64,000 nucleotides of DNA from the sequence record SRR31156797_2095; one strand, 5' to 3'. The notes beneath the pieces are model-generated. The model saw nothing but the letters and a program-made list of their open reading frames with translations. It ran no database searches and was not told where the DNA came from. Made by a program: the position numbers and the translations under genes. The first letter of the stretch is position 1; each line of letters starts with the position of its first letter. This document shows positions 20,858 to 28,877 of the stretch, one piece after another.

Positions 20858-21199
20858 ATGCGTTACATTTATTTAATACTAATGGCGATAGCAATATTCG
20901 CTCCTGCTGTCGGGCATACAGAAGAAAACATCAGAGGTATATTTTTCGAAAATAAGTCGCCTCATATGTTAGGTGTGAGGCTAATAAATAGAAACAGCAG
21001 AGTCGAAGATCATTTTATTTTTGACGCAAACAGCAAAGAACATGTAGACACAAAAATAAACTCATTTACGCTAAGCGCTCAACTGATAACATCCAGCTTT
21101 CCTATCGACTGCTGTGAATGGACTAGAGTTTCCAGCGGCGACACAGTGGTAATTGAGTATATCGAAAAACGTAACCGCTGCTGGTGCAAAGTAAAATAA
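20858..21199 (+). CDS. Small exported hypothetical protein (Cys-containing)
   Basis: Signal-peptide-like MRYIYLILMAIAIFAPAVG, CC and CWC motifs. Start reassigned to ATG 20858. Confidence 0.55.
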   Translation: MRYIYLILMAIAIFAPAVGHTEENIRGIFFENKSPHMLGVRLINRNSRVEDHFIFDANSKEHVDTKINSFTLSAQLITSSFPIDCCEWTRVSSGDTVVIEYIEKRNRCWCKVK

Positions 21200-21451
21200 T
21201 CAGTCTATATTCATACAACTTCTCTCCTGTAGGAATTCCTCTAAGCTCTGCTTAGGAACCCTCCAACGCCCGTTACCATCGATACTCGTATTCCATGCAA
21301 TCAGCTTAGCACTTTTGATCCATCTACGTACTGTGATGTGACTAACCTGTAGAATTTTGGCTACCTGATAAATCGTTAAATTACTACCAGGCATACTTTC
21401 TACTTGCTTACTAATACTTTCTTCGTTCCACACTTTACATGGAGCAGCCAT
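21200..21451 (-). CDS. Excisionase-like/MerR-type HTH (HTH_17) DNA-binding protein, candidate activator or Cro-equivalent of the phage-derived system
   Basis: LTIYQVAKILQVSHITVRRWIKSAKL...GRWRVPKQSLEEFL. Perfect SD AAGGAGG before ATG 21451. Confidence 0.82.
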   Translation of the reverse strand: MAAPCKVWNEESISKQVESMPGSNLTIYQVAKILQVSHITVRRWIKSAKLIAWNTSIDGNGRWRVPKQSLEEFLQERSCMNID

Positions 21452-21487
21452 ACTTACCTCCTTGGACTTAACCAATGTGTAACTTAA

Positions 21488-21551
21488 TACACAATATGAA
21501 TGTATATTTCAACACATATTTTCTGTTTGTTTTTAACAGAATATATCTGTA
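21488..21551. promoter_or_regulatory. Three 17-bp operator-like inverted repeats between divergent regulators
   Basis: TACACAATATGAATGTA (21488-21504), AACACATATTTTCTGTT (21511-21527), AACAGAATATATCTGTA (21535-21551), with spacers of 6 and 7 bp. Confidence 0.7.
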
Positions 21552-21561
21552 TATAATAGAA

Positions 21562-21921
21562 ATGACTATTGGCCAAAGAATCAAAGAATTAAGAAAAGAA
21601 CTTAAAATCAGCCAGAAGGAACTGGGTAATCTTTTGAATGTTGCTCAGCAGGTTGTAAGCTATTATGAAAATGGTGATACTATTGATGCATCAAAACTCG
21701 CCATCATCTCAGAAAGATACAATATCGATATAAGATACTTCTTTGAACATAAACCGTTATGCAGATACCAGACAACTTACCTCGACTCGGCACATCATAA
21801 CGACCTCACAGTGCCAGTAGGGTGGACTGATCTTTTAGATAACATTAATCAGTTAGATTTAGAAAAGATAAAAATAATAGAGTGTGTCCTGAAAGCTTTA
21901 TTGCTTGAATTCAAAAAATAA
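21562..21921 (+). CDS. XRE-family (CI-like) HTH repressor, probably leaderless
   Basis: MTIGQRIKELRKELKISQKELGNLLNVAQQVVSYYENG. No SD, and TATAAT lies just upstream (21552-21557). Confidence 0.85.
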   Translation: MTIGQRIKELRKELKISQKELGNLLNVAQQVVSYYENGDTIDASKLAIISERYNIDIRYFFEHKPLCRYQTTYLDSAHHNDLTVPVGWTDLLDNINQLDLEKIKIIECVLKALLLEFKK

Positions 21922-22109
21922 GCACCCTCGTCATAATTGACACTTCCACCATTATAAATACTTATACAGGGCAGTCAGGTATCCAATGCATTAATAAGTT
22001 ATTTTTATAGCGAATTGTTCTAATTTTAATCAGTTCCTACTGAAACTCTTATCACTATTTAAGAAATATATATAAAACAGTTGTGGACATTTTCGGGACA
22101 CTACATTTT

Positions 22110-22276
22110 TGTGGAAAAACTGTGGAAAAAAAACACTGTAATAAGCCCCGATATTAATAATTTATAAAAATAAGTCCTCTTTCCTATATCTATTAACGAG
22201 TTACCAGCGAACCCTTTAAACACTGACTTACAATTGTCAAGCACTTTTTTTTCAACATAATTTGGGAAAACCTGTT
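22110..22276. promoter_or_regulatory. DnaA-box/IHF-like intergenic element, copy A
   Basis: Tandem TGTGGAAAA (DnaA-box variants) at 22110 and 22121, IHF-like TATTAACGAGTTA at 22191, and a TGTCAAG...CTGTT block at 22235. Confidence 0.5.
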
Positions 22277-22359
22277 AACAAACAGACCAAAAAACCCGCA
22301 GAATCACACCTTTAGCAAGTGTGATCAAAAAATAATCAATAAAAAAACATCAAAAAAAC

Positions 22360-23319
22360 TTACCAAACTCTAACTGGGCTCTCTGCTTCATAATTTTTTA
22401 TATCAAACCTGAAGTCTTCCTTCTGAACAAGATCCTCTGTGAGCCTTACTCCTTCCTCGAGTGTCTTAACCGCCATTTTGAAATTTCCTGTCTCAGCATA
22501 GGCGGCAGCCAACACCTCTATATACTCAATATCTTCATTAATTTCAAAGAGCTCTTTTGCAAGCTTAAGCGCTTTCGCACCGTTACGATATGTATCAAGA
22601 GGGTTAGTAGCATATATCCACGCCAGCATTCTTTTCGCATCCACATTAAACTTATTTATAGTCAGCGCCTTCTCAAGGTCAGAAATTGCCTGATGCGTAT
22701 CTTTCGCTTTATAAAACACTCTTGCACGAAGATAGTAGAGCTCGGCATTCATATCATCTTTGATTATAGCCTTCTGAATGTACGTTTTCGCCTGCTCATA
22801 CTTCCCCATTTTGAAATACAGCTCCCCCATCGCTACATCAAACTCGACACTGTCTCCGCCACGTTTTTCAGCTTTCTTAAGATCTTTCATCGCACGCTTA
22901 TAATCACCCTTACCGACAAATGCCATAGCACGTTCCAGGTATGCAATAGGCATTCTCGAACCTTTCGTTTCGATAACATTAGTAAAGTCGATGATAGCAT
23001 CACGATAAATATGAAGCTTCATGTATGCCCGCCCACGCTTAAGATTATACTCTACCTTGCCGCTGTTACGCAGTGCCCTTGTATAGTCATTTACCGCCTC
23101 TACATAATGACCGTAGCCAAAGTGTATATCAGCCAGTGCGGAGTAATATGTGTGTGAATGGATTAAAGTTTTGTTCGCCTTAGTAAAACTCTCTACAGCT
23201 TCTTTATGTGTAGCTGCCTTCATAGCTTGCTTCGCAGATATAGTGTGTGTAGCACTATTCTCTTTTGCACAACCAGCCAAAACAAAAATTATCGATAAAA
23301 TAAAAATAAAACTTCTCAT
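22360..23319 (-). CDS. TPR-repeat lipoprotein
   Basis: Lipobox VLAGC after MRSFIFILSIIF, multiple TPRs, LAWIYATNP...RNGAKALKLA...LAAAYAETGNF. Start reassigned to 23319 (SD GAGGTG). Confidence 0.85.
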   Translation of the reverse strand: MRSFIFILSIIFVLAGCAKENSATHTISAKQAMKAATHKEAVESFTKANKTLIHSHTYYSALADIHFGYGHYVEAVNDYTRALRNSGKVEYNLKRGRAYMKLHIYRDAIIDFTNVIETKGSRMPIAYLERAMAFVGKGDYKRAMKDLKKAEKRGGDSVEFDVAMGELYFKMGKYEQAKTYIQKAIIKDDMNAELYYLRARVFYKAKDTHQAISDLEKALTINKFNVDAKRMLAWIYATNPLDTYRNGAKALKLAKELFEINEDIEYIEVLAAAYAETGNFKMAVKTLEEGVRLTEDLVQKEDFRFDIKNYEAESPVRVW

Positions 23320-23404
23320 GTTTAACACCTCAGAAAACGCATATCTATATGACAACCATAACTCTTATTAGTTCTCATTGGAAGAGTAATCTAGCCTCTC
23401 ACAC

Positions 23405-23453
23405 TTAAACGGCATTAAACATATCCACATATCGCATAGAGTATTATCCCTCA
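23405..23453 (+). promoter_or_regulatory. Putative promoter of the head/tail operon (shared motif, copy 2)
   Basis: TTAAACATAT(23415)-CCACATATCGCATAGA-GTATTATCCCTCA, plus an extra TTAAAC 10 bp upstream (23405). Confidence 0.6.
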
Positions 23454-23477
23454 AAAGAAAACGAACAAGGAGGAGAC

Positions 23478-24173
23478 ATGAAACTGGAGCTGGCAAAAGC
23501 CGGAAACCACAACGACATCCTTATATCAGAAAAGGACATCCGTGATATGGCGGAAAACTTCGAAAGTGATGTACCTGTCACCATAGGTCACGAAATGGAT
23601 GACTCCATGCCTGCTTACGGATGGATCAAATCTGTTCAGGTATCCGCAGATGGAAAGACTCTAGTCGGCGAAATAGAGCTGGGGGAAGAGCTTGAAAATG
23701 CTATCACAGAAGGGAAATATAAAAACTGGAGCATAGGCGCAGGAAGAGATGCAGAAGGGAAGATGTACCTCCATCATCTCGCATTCCTCGGTGCAGTGCC
23801 CCCAATGATCAAAGACCTCCAGATTGTTGAGTTCAGTGATTATTCAAATGTTATCACCTTCACAATGGAGAATACACGTGCAGACCTCACACTCTCAGAT
23901 ATGCGCCTTGCAGAGCTTAAAAACCTGCGCAAAGAGAAGCGTAAAACAATGCTCACCCAGCTCTCTGACGTCACAGCGGGCAAGCTCCCTTTTGGTAAAA
24001 GAGAGGAGCTGATCAAATTTGCGGATTCTCAGCTCGCTGGCGAGAGGGAAAACATAGTAGAGATGCTCACAAGCATATTCGAATCAGTAAAACACCCAGT
24101 AAGACAAGGACTTTCCGAGTCGATCACAACAGCAAGAAAGGCGGAGATGCAAAGCATCTTCTCCAAAATCTAG
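23478..24173 (+). CDS. Phage prohead protease/scaffold (Mu gpI-like)
   Basis: PVTIGH, PAYGWI, GKYKNWS, LHHLAFLGAVPPMIKDL, then a helical scaffold-like tail. First gene of the head operon, SD AGGAGG. Confidence 0.8.
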   Translation: MKLELAKAGNHNDILISEKDIRDMAENFESDVPVTIGHEMDDSMPAYGWIKSVQVSADGKTLVGEIELGEELENAITEGKYKNWSIGAGRDAEGKMYLHHLAFLGAVPPMIKDLQIVEFSDYSNVITFTMENTRADLTLSDMRLAELKNLRKEKRKTMLTQLSDVTAGKLPFGKREELIKFADSQLAGERENIVEMLTSIFESVKHPVRQGLSESITTARKAEMQSIFSKI

Positions 24174-24182
24174 GAGGAATAA

Positions 24183-24545
24183 ATGGCTACAGTTAATGGA
24201 GTTATAGGTCAGCAGACCATCACAGACAAATCTGTCATAGACGACAGACACCCAGCCGTAATCCGCATGAAAAAGTTCAAAGCGGACAACGGCATCATCC
24301 CTTCCGGCGAAATAGTTGCGATAGATGCCAGCGGCGACATCGTATCCTACGACCCGGCATCCGGCACATCTGAAAACACACCTGTGGGCGTGTGCGCTAT
24401 TGAGACAGACACAGCAAAAGACACAATCGGCAACGTGATCGTACACGGTGCAGTTGTAAAGGCGAGCCTTCTCACACTCGGCGTCGCATCCGTCACAGCA
24501 GAAATTGAAGCTCTCGAAGCAAACACAATCATCTGGGCATTCTAG
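24183..24545 (+). CDS. Head decoration protein (lambda gpD-like)
   Basis: 120 aa between protease and capsid, G.IVA...YDPASGTSENTPVGV....DT....GNVIVHG.V pattern. Confidence 0.7.
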   Translation: MATVNGVIGQQTITDKSVIDDRHPAVIRMKKFKADNGIIPSGEIVAIDASGDIVSYDPASGTSENTPVGVCAIETDTAKDTIGNVIVHGAVVKASLLTLGVASVTAEIEALEANTIIWAF

Positions 24546-24557
24546 GAGGACTTTTAA

Positions 24558-25541
24558 ATGTTTCAACTCGATCTTAGCAGATACTTTACAACAGACTCTA
24601 TCATCAAAGCTCTCACCGCCATGCCTGAGCTTAAATCACCTGTAATGGACACTATTTACACAGAGGACAAGCGTAAAAACCACCCTCTTCCGACTGTTTC
24701 CGTAACAGACCTTCAGCAGGCAGTCAAAAACATCGCAATAACAAAAAGGGGCGGCGAACCTGTTCCTGTTTATGAAGATGCGATGAACATAACACACATC
24801 GAACCTCAACCTTTCAGACCTTCTGAGAGACTGAGCGGTGTAAGTGTAAACAACCTTAAGCTTCTTGATGACACTGGCGTTGAGCTACTTGTAAATAACA
24901 AGATAGACAGGCTCCGCCGAATCGTCAGAGCTTCCACTGAGGCTATGGCTGCCCAGTCGCTTAAAGGTTCCATAGCATACCCTATGGCTATGGACGGCGG
25001 TTTCGGAACCTACAGCGTAGATTTCGGTACTACACTCTCACACACAGTGGGAACAGCCTGGGGCGATGCAGGCATCACAATGGATGCTATCCTGGCTGAC
25101 CTCATCTCTATGGAAGCTTCTATCCAGTCAGAAACTCATTACGGTTCTGACATAAGATTCTGGGCTGGTCAGGACGCTTTCATGGCTCTTGCTAAAATTG
25201 TTCAGGATATAAATAACGCATCAATTTCCGGCGTTATCGACTCGAAAACAATCAACATAGCAGGCTTCAAAGTTGAGCTTATGAACAGTTCATACTCCGA
25301 CCTCGCAACTGGCTCACAGGTAAAAGTTATTGATACGGATAAGGTTATGGCATTCGCCGCTGATGCGCCTTTCGAGATGGTCTACACTGTTATCGACGAC
25401 CTCGACAGCAACCTCACAGCTATGCCTTTCTTCGTAAAACACGTAAAAGACCCGAGATCCTCGACAATCGAGATCATCGCAGAAAGCAAACCACTCCCTG
25501 TTCCTTATACAAAGGGAATCTGCTGGGCGACAGCTCTGTAG
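24558..25541 (+). CDS. Major capsid protein (lambda gpE / Phage_cap_E-like, HK97 fold)
   Basis: 327 aa, RASTEAMAAQSLKGSI, VDFG, C-terminal DPRSSTIEIIAESKPLPVP. Follows the decoration gene, SD AGGAGG. Confidence 0.85.
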   Translation: MFQLDLSRYFTTDSIIKALTAMPELKSPVMDTIYTEDKRKNHPLPTVSVTDLQQAVKNIAITKRGGEPVPVYEDAMNITHIEPQPFRPSERLSGVSVNNLKLLDDTGVELLVNNKIDRLRRIVRASTEAMAAQSLKGSIAYPMAMDGGFGTYSVDFGTTLSHTVGTAWGDAGITMDAILADLISMEASIQSETHYGSDIRFWAGQDAFMALAKIVQDINNASISGVIDSKTINIAGFKVELMNSSYSDLATGSQVKVIDTDKVMAFAADAPFEMVYTVIDDLDSNLTAMPFFVKHVKDPRSSTIEIIAESKPLPVPYTKGICWATAL

Positions 25542-25562
25542 AGCATACAACTCCCTCACAAT

Positions 25563-25587
25563 CGGGGCGCATTTTCTGTGCGCTCCG
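25563..25587 (+). other. GC-rich RNA hairpin after the capsid gene (mRNA stabiliser or attenuator, no U-tract)
   Basis: CGGGGCGCA-TTTTCTG-TGCGCTCCG. Confidence 0.55.
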
Positions 25588-25613
25588 GTAAATAAACAAG
25601 AAGAGGTTAGGAT

Positions 25614-25970
25614 ATGCTGATAGACATTTTTGAAATTCAGGAAATGATTCTCGCCGAAGATTACGATGCGATATGCCGTGGCGACGACTCAATCACAGAA
25701 GAGTCGATCGAATCAGCAAGGGCTTATGTCGCTCTTGTCGCAGAGAAATTCGGCATAGATTACGACGAGGACGACCCCGCACTCAGGCTGGCAGTAAAGA
25801 AATGGGCACTGGCACAGATGTATATATTCGCTGCGGAGTGGGAAACAGCAAAACAGTACAAAGACGAATGTAATGAGGTTCTATCACCACTCGCCCCTGC
25901 AAAAGAAACAAGCGGTAAGGTATTCTCAGCAAGTACAGGCGGCAGCTCTGAGTGGAAGGGGTATAGCTAA
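25614..25970 (+). CDS. Head-tail adaptor (Mu gp36/DUF1320-like)
   Basis: 118 aa directly after the capsid gene, helical I..A...V...P.LR......A...Y...YK pattern. Confidence 0.6.
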   Translation: MLIDIFEIQEMILAEDYDAICRGDDSITEESIESARAYVALVAEKFGIDYDEDDPALRLAVKKWALAQMYIFAAEWETAKQYKDECNEVLSPLAPAKETSGKVFSASTGGSSEWKGYS

Positions 25971-26341
25971 TGTTCTCCCCTCAGGAAATCAAGCAGAAGC
26001 TTGTCACAGCACTTGATAGCTCCGGTGTTTTCGACTCTGTGCTCACACCGCCAGACGACAGAAAAAACTCTGTGATCATGAACGAGCCGTCAGCCGCTGT
26101 TTACTATACAGGATGTAGTTTATCAGACGACAACAATGTACAGTTTATAAATGTAAACTACTCTGTCTATATGAAATTTCTGAAAACAGGGATAAACGAA
26201 ACAGTGGACGACATCACCCTTGCGATAGATGCTGTCAAAGCTCTCGAGCCGATTTCACTTAAACAATCGAAAGTCTCAGAAGGGAATAAAAGCCACAGCA
26301 TATACCTGCTGGATGTCTCTTTTAACGGGTGCTCAGTATGA
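25970..26341 (+). CDS. Putative neck/tail-completion protein
   Basis: 123 aa, TAATG coupling to the adaptor gene, P.AAVYY motif and position. Confidence 0.45.
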   Translation: MFSPQEIKQKLVTALDSSGVFDSVLTPPDDRKNSVIMNEPSAAVYYTGCSLSDDNNVQFINVNYSVYMKFLKTGINETVDDITLAIDAVKALEPISLKQSKVSEGNKSHSIYLLDVSFNGCSV

Positions 26342-26706
26342 TCAGCATCGCAGGGATAACCCTGCCGGAAACAGCGATATGGGAAAATGAGATAGCTCAT
26401 GGTCAGCCTAAATCGAGTGCAGAGCAGACAACTGACGGCAAAGAATTAATTTTCCATTGGGATATAGACTGCGACATAGATATCTACATCCCGAAGATAG
26501 CAGGAGAGCTAAGCAGAGCAACCGTAGACAGCATTAAGGCTCTCTCTGATTCAGGTCATCTTGTCGCACTGGACATCAACGGACAACTTATAAACGCAGT
26601 TTTCAGATACCAGGATACGGCTCTCGAGCTAAAACCTATAAATGCAAAACAACAGCAGTCTGAAGCTGACAGCTATTACGGATATATAAGGCTTTTGGAG
26701 GTATAA
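26338..26706 (+). CDS. Putative distal tail (Dit-like) protein of siphophage type
   Basis: I.IAGITLP....WENE...EQTTDG...LSRATVDSIKAL...VFRYQD.ALE..PI...YIRLLEV resembles a small siphophage tail-tip protein. ATGA overlap. Confidence 0.5.
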   Translation: MISIAGITLPETAIWENEIAHGQPKSSAEQTTDGKELIFHWDIDCDIDIYIPKIAGELSRATVDSIKALSDSGHLVALDINGQLINAVFRYQDTALELKPINAKQQQSEADSYYGYIRLLEV

Positions 26707-27675
26707 ATGAATCAGACAGACATAAAAATCATCAAACCTGAAAACATCATAGACGGAGATGCAAACGGCGGTCGAGCAGACTTCGCTACTGAGGTAATCT
26801 CGGGAATTAAGTTTAACTTATTACCCAGAGTTACATCATCAGAGAGAGATAGCGGAGTAACCAGATACCGTAAAGCATTTATCGCTAATGCAAATCAGCT
26901 CGGTGAAACAGCTTACGGTGCATCAGTTGGCATCAGCTCTCCAGGCAACGGAGAGGACAGATTTTATATCAAAGCGGGCACAGATAGTGACACTCAAGCG
27001 GAGCAAATCTCTTCCGGCTGGACCGGCTGTGGAACCCTCGCTGTAAATGCAACAGCAGGTGAGACATCAATTCAGGTAGTATTTAAGTCAAATGATTTTG
27101 AAATTAATGAAGATGTGCTCCTCATAATAAAGGATAACCTCGGAAATTCCTGCAATGTAAGAACATCTTCAACTGCTCCGTGTGCATCGTGGACAGGAAA
27201 TATAGCCGCAGTCGAACTAGCCGCACAACTACCTGATAATTTTACAGCTTTTAATACTAACGTAGGCATCATGCTCGAAGCGGGCGACCTTAAACCTTCG
27301 CTTACAGGTATGGCTGTCTCTAGTGTTGAAGGCGGATTCGACGAAACAGCTATGGCGCTCTATAACAGAGGGACAGAAGCGGATACATTTTCGCTCACAT
27401 TCGAAAGCTCATTCAGCTATCTGGCATCCGGTATAGAGGCTGGGACGCTCAGCTCCGGAACAACGGGTTCAGCCTTTGAGCCTATCAATCCTAAAACGAA
27501 CGTTCCTTACTTCTCAATACCTGCGGCTTGCTGGTCAGGAATCTTTGAGGCTGGCAATACTGTCACCTTTTCAACTAACCCAGCCTGCAAGGCTTTCTGG
27601 ATAAAGGAAGTTGTCCCTGCCGGATGCGCACATGAGCCGAACAACAGCTTTGACCTCGATTGGATGATAGATTAA
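26707..27675 (+). CDS. Virion tail-tip structural protein
   Basis: N-terminus TDIKIIKPE.I.D...NGGR....V.SG..FNLLP.V...ER..G...YRKAF resembles siphophage tail proteins. Confidence 0.55.
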   Translation: MNQTDIKIIKPENIIDGDANGGRADFATEVISGIKFNLLPRVTSSERDSGVTRYRKAFIANANQLGETAYGASVGISSPGNGEDRFYIKAGTDSDTQAEQISSGWTGCGTLAVNATAGETSIQVVFKSNDFEINEDVLLIIKDNLGNSCNVRTSSTAPCASWTGNIAAVELAAQLPDNFTAFNTNVGIMLEAGDLKPSLTGMAVSSVEGGFDETAMALYNRGTEADTFSLTFESSFSYLASGIEAGTLSSGTTGSAFEPINPKTNVPYFSIPAACWSGIFEAGNTVTFSTNPACKAFWIKEVVPAGCAHEPNNSFDLDWMID

Positions 27676-27685
27676 TAGGTGATAA

Positions 27686-28876
27686 ATGTCTGATATCATA
27701 AGATATTCAAATTTTGCACAGTCAACAATAACAAACCCTGTCAGCGGTGAAGATACGCTGATTAACCTTGAAAACGACGAAATATTCCCTGATGGCTACT
27801 TCACTTCTGTTATATGGAACGCATCTGAAGGTTCCCCTTTGGATGATTCAGATAGGGAATTAGTGCTTCTGAAGCGTGTTTCTGCCGGCGTTTTTGAAGC
27901 TGTGCGGGGGATAGAAGGGACAGCTCCGACTGCATGGGAGAGCGGCTCCAAGATTGCAAATATTGTAACCGCAGGCTCTATGGAGCTCTTACACGACGCC
28001 GCAAACTCAGCAACATCAATTACCGATGTACATGTCAACAGCTACAGTATGGAGCGTGGTGATACTAATATCATTTTCCACTTTGCTAACGAAGACGAAG
28101 AATCGAAAACTGTCACACTGCCGGAGCTTGCTCCTTGCGAAGGGCTTACTTTCAAAATTACCAGCAAGGCTTTTAACCTGTGGCAGAAAGTGAAGCTCAC
28201 ACCTTTCGCTGGCGACATCTTCACCCACACAGCAAACGCATATCTTGATGTTCAAAACGGGATGACAGTTATCCTGCTTGCAACTGCTTCCGGATGGGTG
28301 CTAATGGACTTTCATCAGTCAGATTTTAGCAGGGTAAAAACTGCGAACAACATGTTCAACGATGTTTCATTCACTGACAGGCTGATATTTGCTGATGGTT
28401 CATACGGCTATACAGATATAAATTTACCAACAGCTCCAGAGGTCTACGGTATACCGCTCACAATAATACGCATAGATGACACAAGCCAGACAGTAATGGT
28501 TAACGGTAATGAAATGGTTCAGTATGAATCGATGACATTTATCATGGAAAACGATGGCACAGTCAGCATGATTAACCACTACATTCCTGAACAGTCGGGA
28601 GTGCTTTCAGTGAGCACGGGCACTAACCTGAAAGGTCATGAAAAGCTTGTATTAACTGATGCCGCCAGTTCATCTGTGAACATTATCCTATCCTCTGCAA
28701 GTTCTGCAAAAGGCAGAGCTGTAACAGTAAAAAAGACTGATTCAACTGGTAACCCTGTCCTAATCATCCCTTCTAGCGGGACAATAGACGGAACAGGCGC
28801 ACCTCAGTTTATATACTCTCAGTGGGACTATGTAACTGTAGCATCGGACGGAACCAACTGGTTCAAAGTAGGCTAG
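27686..28876 (+). CDS. Putative tail/head fibre protein
   Basis: N-terminal SNFAQSTI...ELV...VRGIEGTAPTAWESGSKI...TAG attachment-type domain, followed by three repeated 'TVTLP...G....I' beta modules. Confidence 0.6.
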   Translation: MSDIIRYSNFAQSTITNPVSGEDTLINLENDEIFPDGYFTSVIWNASEGSPLDDSDRELVLLKRVSAGVFEAVRGIEGTAPTAWESGSKIANIVTAGSMELLHDAANSATSITDVHVNSYSMERGDTNIIFHFANEDEESKTVTLPELAPCEGLTFKITSKAFNLWQKVKLTPFAGDIFTHTANAYLDVQNGMTVILLATASGWVLMDFHQSDFSRVKTANNMFNDVSFTDRLIFADGSYGYTDINLPTAPEVYGIPLTIIRIDDTSQTVMVNGNEMVQYESMTFIMENDGTVSMINHYIPEQSGVLSVSTGTNLKGHEKLVLTDAASSSVNIILSSASSAKGRAVTVKKTDSTGNPVLIIPSSGTIDGTGAPQFIYSQWDYVTVASDGTNWFKVG

Positions 28877-28877
28877 C

